A stretch of DNA of 5,018 nucleotides from Candidatus Nanopusillus sp. Lineage in GTDB: Archaea > Nanobdellota > Nanobdellia > Nanobdellales > Nanobdellaceae. A program made the position numbers and the translations under genes. The notes under the pieces were generated by a model that was given only the letters and a program-made list of their open reading frames with translations, was not told the origin of the DNA and ran no database searches. Position 1 is the stretch's first letter, and each line of letters starts with the position of its first letter. The stretch spans positions 1-5,018 of the forward strand of contig DAIUEN010000006.1 in assembly GCA_036845085.1 (NCBI GenBank), read 5' to 3'. Shown one piece after another: positions 1-5,018 of this stretch.

Positions 1-1
1 T

Positions 2-166
2 TATAGCATAGAGTCTATTAGAAAATTAAATTATTATTATTATAATAAATATGGTTTTTCTATCACCTCGTACAACTATTTAAAATTGGGAGAATACTAT
101 GCAAAAACAAATCATACTAGTTTAGCCCTATACTATTTGATCTTATCTGTACAGCATGCAATATAA
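2..166 (+). CDS. 3' end (54 codons plus stop) of an ORF entering from the left edge; function unknown, TPR-like helical repeat at the C-terminus
   Basis: My hand translation of the frame starting at position 2 is open from the window edge to TAA at 164-166: YSIESIRKLNYYYYNKYGFSITSYNYLKLGEYYAKTNHTSLALYYLILSVQHAI*. The other + frames and all three - frames are closed by stops within this stretch. With TAA/TAG/TGA this frequent in AT-rich DNA, 54 stop-free codons are unlikely by chance (rough base-composition estimate: below 1% per frame). Residues SYNYLKLGEYYAKTNHTSLALYYLILSV (68..151) fit the TPR consensus positions 4/7/8/11/20/24/27 as Y, L, G, Y, A, L, S. The ORF is absent from the track, presumably because it is truncated and short. 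No start codon is visible. Confidence 0.5.
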   Translation, partial: YSIESIRKLNYYYYNKYGFSITSYNYLKLGEYYAKTNHTSLALYYLILSVQHAI

Positions 167-1307
167 GACAATCAACGTTTCTAACAGAGTATATAGAGAA
201 ATTAAAAAAGGTAGACAGACATTTCCAAAGAATTCAATAAAAAATATAGAAGTAGAACCTGGAGAAATAGTTAAAATAAAGTATAATGGTTTATTTCTTG
301 GATATGGAACTATCAATCCAAAAGACGATTATAACTATTTAAGAATAATCTCATACGAGAAAGAATTTGATATCGAAAATCATATAATAGAAAAAATAGA
401 AAAAGCAAGAAAATTTAGAGAAAATGTAATAAACTATAAAAATCATTATAGATTGGTATATTCAGAATCTGATTTCCTTCCTGGGTTAATAATAGATAGA
501 TATAATAACATATTTGTAATTCAAAATAATAATATATTTTTTGACAAAAATATAGATCTAATTAAAAATGCTCTAATCAAAATATTTGGACATGATATAA
601 CTATATACGAAAAAAGTATTGGAAAACAAAGAGAAAAATCAAAATTGTTACCCAAGGAGGGATTTCTGCATGGAAGTTTAAAAGGAACTATTATAGAAGA
701 GTATAAATATAAGTTTTACGTAGATATAATAAATGGAGAAAAAACTGGTTGGTTTTTAGATCAAAGAGAAAATAGAAAAATATTGAAAGATATATATGGA
801 ACTAGGGTATTAGATGTTTTTTCATATACTGGTTCTTTCGGTATTATGATTAATGCTGATGAAAGGTATTTTATAGAAAAAAATAAAAAAGCTGTAGAAG
901 TATTAAAAAAAAATTTAGAACTTAATAATATTGATAATTATGAAGTAATAAATAGAAATGCTTATGATGTACTAAAGAGTTTATACAGAGAAAATAAAAA
1001 ATTTGATATAATAATATTGGATCCTCCAGATTTATTGGCAGATTCGTATGATAAAGGAATAAAAAGCATTACTTTAATAAATTCTATTGCTATAGACTTA
1101 ATAGAAGAAGGATATTTGATATCTTTTTCTTGTTCTCAGGATCTTAGTGAAAAAAAATTTTATTCTATTTTAAGAACTTTAATAAGAAGAAAGAACAAGA
1201 AATTTGAACTTGTATATAAATTCCACCAAGCATTAGACCACAAAATAATATTCCCCCATAAGGAATTAGAATATTTGAAAGGTTTTATGATAGAAATAAA
1301 AAAATAA
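156..1307 (+). CDS. SAM-dependent RNA (cytosine-C5)-methyltransferase, RlmI / PH1915 family (COG1092-type), with an N-terminal PUA-like domain
   Basis: The 383-aa ORF is colinear, from my memory of those sequences, with E. coli RlmI (YccW) and Pyrococcus horikoshii PH1915. Matching blocks are YRLVYSESDFLPGLIIDRYNN; KTGWFLDQRENR (747..776), the family signature; motif I VLDVFSYTGSFGI; an acidic residue ending beta-2 (YFIE); motif IV DPPDL (1020..1034); motif VI FSCSQ with the catalytic Cys codon at 1131..1133; and the C-terminal HKIIFPHKELEYLKGFMIEI (compare ADHPV...YLKGF). The gene ends with tandem in-frame stops, TAATAA (1305..1310). The substrate (rRNA versus tRNA) cannot be read from the sequence. 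Confidence 0.85.
   Translation: MQYKTINVSNRVYREIKKGRQTFPKNSIKNIEVEPGEIVKIKYNGLFLGYGTINPKDDYNYLRIISYEKEFDIENHIIEKIEKARKFRENVINYKNHYRLVYSESDFLPGLIIDRYNNIFVIQNNNIFFDKNIDLIKNALIKIFGHDITIYEKSIGKQREKSKLLPKEGFLHGSLKGTIIEEYKYKFYVDIINGEKTGWFLDQRENRKILKDIYGTRVLDVFSYTGSFGIMINADERYFIEKNKKAVEVLKKNLELNNIDNYEVINRNAYDVLKSLYRENKKFDIIILDPPDLLADSYDKGIKSITLINSIAIDLIEEGYLISFSCSQDLSEKKFYSILRTLIRRKNKKFELVYKFHQALDHKIIFPHKELEYLKGFMIEIKK
1298..1304 (-). terminator. Oligo-T (T7 on the - strand), candidate intrinsic archaeal terminator for rps3ae
   Basis: The A7 run on the + strand at 1298..1304 reads as TTTTTTT on the - strand, 9-15 nt downstream of the eS1 stop (1313..1315). Archaeal RNAP terminates at oligo-T tracts without needing a hairpin. 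The run lies inside the final Lys codons of the convergent methyltransferase. Confidence 0.35.
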
Positions 1308-1312
1308 TAATA

Positions 1313-1924
1313 TTACTTATTTTCTATCTTTTCCTTTTGCAATATAGGAGTTAACAGAATAATTCTTCTAACTTCTACTCTTTCTATTGGAAATATTTTG
1401 TTTAATATTGGTTTAACTTCATTTTGTAGATCATAGTTTAATACTTTTTCTATAAGTTCGTAATATTTCAAACTTGTTATTTTTTCCTGTAAGTATTTTC
1501 TATACAGCATCCTTATTTCGTGTTTTTGAGATCTATGAGCCTTTCCGTGTGTTATAACTAAAGGTTTTACCCTAACTTTAAATCCCTCTTGAGTGCTAAA
1601 AACTATTGAATCATCTATTTTCGATGTACCCACTCTAGTAATTCTTCTAACATATGCAGGATATAAACTTAATTCCACTATCTCACTATAAGCTCTTAAT
1701 CCACTAACTTTTGTTACTTTAAACTTAATTTTATAGTTTTGATATTTAAAATTGTTTAAAATAAACGCTGCATTTAACTCTACAGTCCTTCCAAGAACAT
1801 TTTCTATATTATCCTTATTAACTGGTGTTTCTCCTAATTTCATTTCATTAAATATTTGTTGTGGAGCTAATATATCAATCCAAATCTTTTTGCTCCAATC
1901 AGCATATTTTTTATTATAGGCCAT
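1313..1924 (-). CDS. rps3ae: 30S ribosomal protein S3Ae (eS1)
   Basis: Blocks typical of archaeal S3Ae are present: KKIWIDILAP (compare KKWYxIxAP), LYPAYVRRITRVGTSKIDD (compare RDYLRSLVRRxTSRID), GFKVRVKPLVIT, HRSQKHEIRMLYRKYL (compare SQxxAIRK) and IFPIERVEVRRI (compare IYPLRxVEIRK). The track ORF starts at 1957 (MLLKYSYIKDE-MAYNKK...). I prefer the Met at 1922..1924, giving 203 aa. That leaves MAYNKK-YADWSKKIW, the same N-terminal length as Sulfolobus MSAKGGA-IKDKWKMKKWY. It also leaves a 53-nt spacer holding a TATA element about 26 nt upstream. A start at 1957 would leave only 20 nt before the leuS ATG. The stop TAA is at 1313..1315. Confidence 0.9.
   Translation of the reverse strand: MAYNKKYADWSKKIWIDILAPQQIFNEMKLGETPVNKDNIENVLGRTVELNAAFILNNFKYQNYKIKFKVTKVSGLRAYSEIVELSLYPAYVRRITRVGTSKIDDSIVFSTQEGFKVRVKPLVITHGKAHRSQKHEIRMLYRKYLQEKITSLKYYELIEKVLNYDLQNEVKPILNKIFPIERVEVRRIILLTPILQKEKIENK
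1320..1338 (+). terminator. Cluster of three T4 runs, candidate termination region for the methyltransferase transcript
   Basis: TTTTCTATCTTTTCCTTTT has T4 runs at 1320-1323, 1329-1332 and 1335-1338. It starts 13 nt downstream of the methyltransferase stop, inside the 3' end of the convergent eS1 gene. T4 runs are weaker signals than T5 or longer, and T-richness here partly just mirrors antisense Lys/Glu codons. Confidence 0.25.
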
Positions 1925-1945
1925 TTCATCTTTTATATAGGAATA

Positions 1946-1953
1946 TTTTAAAA
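1946..1953. promoter_or_regulatory. Palindromic TATA-box candidate (TTTTAAAA) in the 53-nt divergent eS1/leuS spacer
   Basis: The element is its own reverse complement. Its centre at 1949.5 lies 25.5 nt from the eS1 ATG (1924, -) and 28.5 nt from the leuS ATG (1978, +). That matches the archaeal TATA-to-TSS spacing of about 26-27 nt if both mRNAs are leaderless. Neither ATG has a Shine-Dalgarno-like GGAGG/GGTGA upstream. Competing TATA-like copies are TTTTATA at 1931..1937 and 1958..1964. Confidence 0.4.
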
Positions 1954-1977
1954 GCATTTTTATACCTAGATATCTTT

Positions 1978-4782
1978 ATGAGCAAAAGTTATATAGAATT
2001 CTTCAAGGAAATAGAAAAAAAATGGCAAAAAATATGGGAAGAAAAGTCTGTATATTATTCTATTCCGGACAAAAATAAACCAAAATTTTTTATTACATTT
2101 CCATATCCATACGTAAGTGGATTTTTACATTTAGGTCATACTTTATCATTATCTAGGGTAGATTTTATAGCCAGATACAAAAGACTGAAAGGTTACAATG
2201 TACTATTTCCACAAGCATTTCATCTTACCGGCTCGCCAATTGTTGCAAAATCTTTAAGATTAAAAAACGGAGATCAAAAAATAATAAAAGAACTAAAAGA
2301 AGAAGGGGTTTCTGACGAAGATATAGAAAAACTAAAAGATCCTGTAGGATGGTCTATGTATTTTATAGAAAAAGCTAGAGAAGATATAAAAAGCTTAGGA
2401 TGCTCTATAGATTGGAGAAGGGAATTTTATACAACCTATTTACATCCATGGTATAATAAATTTATAGAATGGCAATATAAAAAACTTAAAGAAAAAAATC
2501 TTATAGTTACAGGTAAACATCCAGTAGTATATGATCCTGTAGCAAATATTCCAGTAGGTGATCACGATAGACCAGATGAATATGCTGGAATAGTACCTAC
2601 AGAAGGATATATAATACTCTTTAAAATAAAAGACAGCGATATTATTCTACCCGCATTTACATTAAGACCAGAAACATTATATGGAGTCACAAATATATGG
2701 ATAAATCCAAATGGTAAATATTCTGTATATCTAGAAAAAAAGACTGAAACTAAATTAATTTTACCAAATACAATAGTTGTTGAAGAATTCAAAGGCCAAG
2801 GATATGAACTTGAAAAAATAGAAGATGTTAATACCAAAGATTTGATAGGAAAAGTTTGCATTAACCCATTAACAAATGAAGAAATACCAATATTACCTGC
2901 AGAATTTGTAGATATTACAACTGGAAGTGGAATTGTAATGTCAGTACCAGCTCATGCTCCATATGATTATATAGCGCTCAGAGATTTACTCAATACAGAA
3001 TACAAAGATATTGCAGAAAAATGTTTAAACAAAATGAAAGTTTTATTTAAAGTACCTGGATATAATATACCGGCAAAAGAAATTGTAGAAAAAATGAATA
3101 TTAATAATCAAAAAGAATATGAAAAATTAGATAATGCTACTAAAGAAATATATTCTCTAGAATATTATAATGGAGTATTAACAGATATTTTTAATGAATA
3201 CAATGGTATGAAATTATCAGATGCTAAAGAAAAAATTTCAGAAAAATTTTTAAAAAACAATATTGCAAAAATACATTACACACTAAAGCCAAGATTTGAA
3301 TCAAGATATGGAAATACTTGTATAATTAAAATAATAGATAATCAATGGTTTTTAAAATATTCGGATCCTACATGGAAAAAATTAGCACATGCATGTGTAG
3401 AGAATATGACATTTTATCCCGAATATGCCAAACAAGAATTTCATCAAAAAATAGATTGGCTAAGAGATTGGGCATGTACTCATAGTAAAAATGAATTAGG
3501 AACTTACTTACCATGGGACAAATCGTGGATAATTGAATCATTATCAGATTCTACTATATATATGGCTTTTTACACAATTGCTCATTTAATAAAAGAAATT
3601 GATCCAAATAAAATAGAAGACGATCTATTTGATTATATATTTTTAAGCAAAGGAGATGAAAAAGAAATAATAAACAAATATGGAAATATTGCAAAAATAA
3701 TGAAAGAAGAATTCGAATACTGGTATCCTGTAGATTTGAGAAGCTCTGGGAAGGATCTTATACCAAATCATCTTGTATTTTACATATTTCATCATGTAGC
3801 ATTATTCGACAAAAGTAAATGGCCTAAAGGCATAGCTATAAATGGATATGCTGTAGATGCTCTTGGAAGAAAAATGTCTAAATCTTTAGGAAATTATATT
3901 TCTATGAGAAACGCTATAAAAATTTATTCTGCAGATATAATAAGATTTATAATAGCAATGTCTTCTAATTCTTCTTATGAAGATTCTAAAATAGATTTGG
4001 GAAAATCTGAATTTATACAAAAGTATTTGATATCTTTTTATAGCTTTGCTACTGAAAACTATAACAAACATAAAAAATTAGAATATAGATATGTAGATTT
4101 ATGGTTTGAAAATGAATTAAATAGAATAGGAAAAGAAATTGAAGAAGAATATGAAAAACTGAACTATATAAATGTTGTAAATAAGATATTCGAATTAGAT
4201 AATTCTTTTGAATGGTATCTAAAAAGATCTTATAACAAAATAAATGGAGAAATAGTAAACAAATACATAGAGTATAAAGCTATATTTTTATATCCAATAG
4301 TTCCACATATTATTTCTGAATTGCTTGAAAAGATAGGAAAAGATCCTCTAAATTTATTATGGCCCAAAATTAAAGAATATGACGAAAAGATATTTAAATA
4401 TGAAAAATTCGTACGGGAAGTTAGAGAAGATATTAACAGAATAAAAAACTTATTAAAAAAGAATAAAATTACATATATCAAACTAATAATAGCTAGCAAA
4501 GAAAAATTCAGAATATTTAAAGAAATTATAGAAAATAAAGACTTTGATAGCGCATTAAAAAAATATTCAAATTACTCTAATATAATTTTACAAGTTAAAA
4601 ATAATTTATCTTTGATAGACAACTTTTTAGAATATGATGATGTAGTAAAACTTTTAGAAGAATCAAAAGAATATTTTTCAAAAGAATTCAATTGCGAAGT
4701 TATAATAGAAAAAGAAGAAGATAGTGATGAACCAAAAAGATTTAGAGCTTTACCAACTAAACCGGCTATAGTAATAACATAA
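1978..4782 (+). CDS. leuS: Leucyl-tRNA synthetase, archaeal/eukaryal type (class Ia), with CP1 editing domain
   Basis: The 934-aa protein is colinear along its whole length with P. horikoshii LeuRS as I recall it. Its N-terminus MSKSYIEFFKEIEKKWQKIW matches MAELNFKAIEEKWQKRW. The HIGH motif is HLGH at 2128..2139 and the KMSKS motif is at 3871..3885. CP1 entry is TLRPETLYGVTN at 2659..2694. The editing-site block GIVMSVPAHAPYDY has its conserved Asp codon at 2965..2967. Further matches are WIIESLSDSTIYMAFYT, EEFEYWYPVDLRSSGKDLIPNHL and the C-terminal tail ALPTKPAIVIT (compare AMPLKPAIFIE). The start is moved from the track's 1861 to the ATG at 1978. Positions 1861..1977 begin with GTG, have no homology, and overlap the eS1 N-terminus on the other strand. 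Confidence 0.95.
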   Translation: MSKSYIEFFKEIEKKWQKIWEEKSVYYSIPDKNKPKFFITFPYPYVSGFLHLGHTLSLSRVDFIARYKRLKGYNVLFPQAFHLTGSPIVAKSLRLKNGDQKIIKELKEEGVSDEDIEKLKDPVGWSMYFIEKAREDIKSLGCSIDWRREFYTTYLHPWYNKFIEWQYKKLKEKNLIVTGKHPVVYDPVANIPVGDHDRPDEYAGIVPTEGYIILFKIKDSDIILPAFTLRPETLYGVTNIWINPNGKYSVYLEKKTETKLILPNTIVVEEFKGQGYELEKIEDVNTKDLIGKVCINPLTNEEIPILPAEFVDITTGSGIVMSVPAHAPYDYIALRDLLNTEYKDIAEKCLNKMKVLFKVPGYNIPAKEIVEKMNINNQKEYEKLDNATKEIYSLEYYNGVLTDIFNEYNGMKLSDAKEKISEKFLKNNIAKIHYTLKPRFESRYGNTCIIKIIDNQWFLKYSDPTWKKLAHACVENMTFYPEYAKQEFHQKIDWLRDWACTHSKNELGTYLPWDKSWIIESLSDSTIYMAFYTIAHLIKEIDPNKIEDDLFDYIFLSKGDEKEIINKYGNIAKIMKEEFEYWYPVDLRSSGKDLIPNHLVFYIFHHVALFDKSKWPKGIAINGYAVDALGRKMSKSLGNYISMRNAIKIYSADIIRFIIAMSSNSSYEDSKIDLGKSEFIQKYLISFYSFATENYNKHKKLEYRYVDLWFENELNRIGKEIEEEYEKLNYINVVNKIFELDNSFEWYLKRSYNKINGEIVNKYIEYKAIFLYPIVPHIISELLEKIGKDPLNLLWPKIKEYDEKIFKYEKFVREVREDINRIKNLLKKNKITYIKLIIASKEKFRIFKEIIENKDFDSALKKYSNYSNIILQVKNNLSLIDNFLEYDDVVKLLEESKEYFSKEFNCEVIIEKEEDSDEPKRFRALPTKPAIVIT

Positions 4783-4800
4783 CTATATAGGTATAAAATA

Positions 4801-4810
4801 TTTTTAAATA
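4801..4810 (+). promoter_or_regulatory. TATA-box candidate (TTTTTAAATA) for the downstream untracked ORF; its T5 run may also act as the leuS termination signal
   Basis: The element is close to the archaeal TATA consensus TTTAWATA and is centred about 26.5 nt upstream of the ATG at 4832, which is leaderless geometry. The T5 run at 4801..4805 lies 19 nt downstream of the leuS stop and is the only oligo-T in the 49-nt spacer. Confidence 0.45.
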
Positions 4811-4831
4811 TCAAAAAATTATTAAAGTAGT

Positions 4832-5018
4832 ATGGTAAGTTTATTTAAGAAAAAAACAGCGCCACCACCAATGGAAAGTAATGTAGGATATGGCAATATG
4901 ATAGACGACTTGAATGCATATAGAAGTAATATCGATAATGTCGGAATGCCTTTCCCAGCATCTCAACCAGTGCAACAACAGAATGTTGCAGATCCTTTTG
5001 CACAATTTTATGGAAATC
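4832..5018 (+). CDS. 5' end (62 codons) of an ORF of unknown function running off the right edge; Pro/Gln/Asn-rich low-complexity N-terminus
   Basis: My hand translation from the ATG at 4832 is MVSLFKKKTAPPPMESNVGYGNMIDDLNAYRSNIDNVGMPFPASQPVQQQNVADPFAQFYGN..., with no stop before the window ends. This is the first ATG after an in-frame TAA at 4823..4825. A TATA-like TTTTTAAATA at 4801..4810 is centred about 26.5 nt upstream of the ATG. I recognise no family. The ORF is absent from the track, presumably because it is truncated. Met14 (4871) is an alternative start. Confidence 0.55.
   Translation, partial: MVSLFKKKTAPPPMESNVGYGNMIDDLNAYRSNIDNVGMPFPASQPVQQQNVADPFAQFYGN

Noticed and set aside
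32-43. A (TAT)4 / TTA-type trinucleotide run in the first 60 nt, considered as a microsatellite or promoter element.
   Set aside because: It is a short run that is unremarkable in AT-rich DNA, and it reads in frame as YYYY in the open upstream ORF.
51-83. A small ORF, ATG..TAA, encoding MVFLSPRTTI.
   Set aside because: It is only 10 codons long, and it is out of frame with and fully inside the much longer open frame 2..166.
905-913. Homopolymeric A runs inside coding sequence (A9 at 905-913, A8 at 1150-1157, A8 at 2015-2022), considered as programmed frameshift or phase-variation sites.
   Set aside because: All are read through in frame as Lys-rich segments with homology continuing on both sides. 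No alternative-frame ORF continues from them. Such runs are expected at this base composition.
1925-1957. An 11-codon N-terminal extension of eS1 (MLLKYSYIKDE) in the track ORF.
   Set aside because: It cannot be excluded from sequence alone. However, the internal Met gives the N-terminal length seen in other archaeal S3Ae proteins and a sensible TATA spacing. A start at 1957 would leave 20 nt to the leuS ATG.
1861-1977. A 39-codon N-terminal extension of the leuS ORF in the supplied track (GTG start, MELIYQSKSFCSNQ...).
   Set aside because: It has no similarity to LeuRS N-termini, whereas MSKSYIEFFKEIEKKWQKIW from the ATG at 1978 aligns with the canonical N-terminus. The extension also overlaps the eS1 N-terminal coding sequence on the opposite strand and would remove any promoter space.
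2562-2861. A 99-aa ORF antisense to the leuS CP1 region.
   Set aside because: In this relative frame, antisense stops arise only where a Tyr, His or Gln sense codon follows a codon ending in T (or C, for Tyr). Here every Tyr codon I checked follows an A-ending codon (gaa tat, gga tat, tta tat, aaa tat, gta tat). The open frame is therefore a by-product of A-ending codon usage. Its product is S/F/L-rich low-complexity sequence with no recognisable family and no promoter space.
3886-4071. A 61-aa ORF antisense to leuS.
   Set aside because: It is short and its composition (R/I/F/Y-rich) mirrors the sense codons. It lies entirely within a conserved part of leuS and has no independent signal.
4230-4499. 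An 89-aa ORF antisense to leuS.
   Set aside because: It is in the same antisense frame artefact as 2562..2861. The I/F/L/S-rich product reflects reversed Lys/Glu/Asn codons, with no independent support.
4572-4814. An 80-aa antisense ORF spanning the leuS 3' end and starting in the leuS-downstream spacer, with a hydrophobic N-terminal stretch (YVITIAGLVGKALNLF).
   Set aside because: The hydrophobic stretch is just the reverse reading of the conserved LeuRS tail (FRALPTKPAIVIT), and the rest is Ser-rich low complexity. Its start would sit on the TATA element of the + strand ORF. It is most likely spurious.
4856-4870. ACAGCGCCACCACCA resembles a tRNA acceptor 3' strand plus CCA, raising the idea of a tRNA or split-tRNA half, as known in Nanoarchaeum.
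   Set aside because: There is no T-arm/T-loop (GTTCRAATC-like) and no GC-rich complementary stem anywhere upstream. The stretch reads cleanly as codons T-A-P-P-P in the 4832 ORF.
4832-4870. The N-terminus MVSLFKKK... superficially recalls ESCRT-III/Snf7-type N-termini (M..LFGKK).
   Set aside because: The resemblance covers only about 6 residues. The following about 50 residues are Pro/Gln/Asn-rich rather than the helical hairpin heptads expected, which is far too little to call.
4851-5018. Locally higher G+C (about 39% by hand count) as a possible horizontal-transfer boundary.
   Set aside because: Conserved leuS lines (for example 2521-2580, 24 of 60) reach about 40% as well. The shift is explained by amino-acid composition (Pro, Ala, Gln, Gly codons), and 168 nt is too short for a compositional argument.
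1-5018. A scan for CRISPR repeats, IS/transposase ends, long direct or inverted repeats, GC-rich structured-RNA islands and C/D-box sRNA motifs in the spacers.
   Set aside because: By eye I found no repeated unit of 20 nt or more, no GC-rich stem-forming islands, and no RUGAUGA...CUGA pairs in the three short spacers. A computational repeat and covariance-model scan would be needed to be definitive.

Overview
This is a very AT-rich, almost gap-free housekeeping stretch that reads as archaeal. There are five coding regions. (1) 2..166 (+): the last 54 codons of an ORF missing from the supplied track, entering from the left edge, with a TPR-like C-terminus. Its end overlaps the next gene's start by 11 nt. 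(2) 156..1307 (+): a PUA + SAM-dependent RNA m5C methyltransferase of the RlmI/PH1915 family. (3) 1313..1924 (-): ribosomal protein eS1 (S3Ae), convergent with the methyltransferase. I prefer the internal Met at 1924 to the track start at 1957. (4) 1978..4782 (+): an archaeal-type leucyl-tRNA synthetase, divergent from eS1. The track start at 1861 is an artefactual GTG extension. (5) 4832..5018 (+): the first 62 codons of a second untracked ORF with a Pro/Gln-rich low-complexity N-terminus, leaving the right edge. Under these calls only 107 nt (5 + 53 + 49) are non-coding. I see no CRISPR array, mobile element, tRNA/rRNA gene, long repeat or defence-like gene, and no convincing novel system. 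What deserves a second look is modest: the two edge ORFs of unknown function, a palindromic TATA element shared by the divergent eS1/leuS pair, signals that appear dual-use in the tiny spacers, and a motif IV variant in the methyltransferase. The lineage guess (reduced-genome, leaderless-transcribing archaeon such as a Nanoarchaeota/DPANN-like organism) is inference only.
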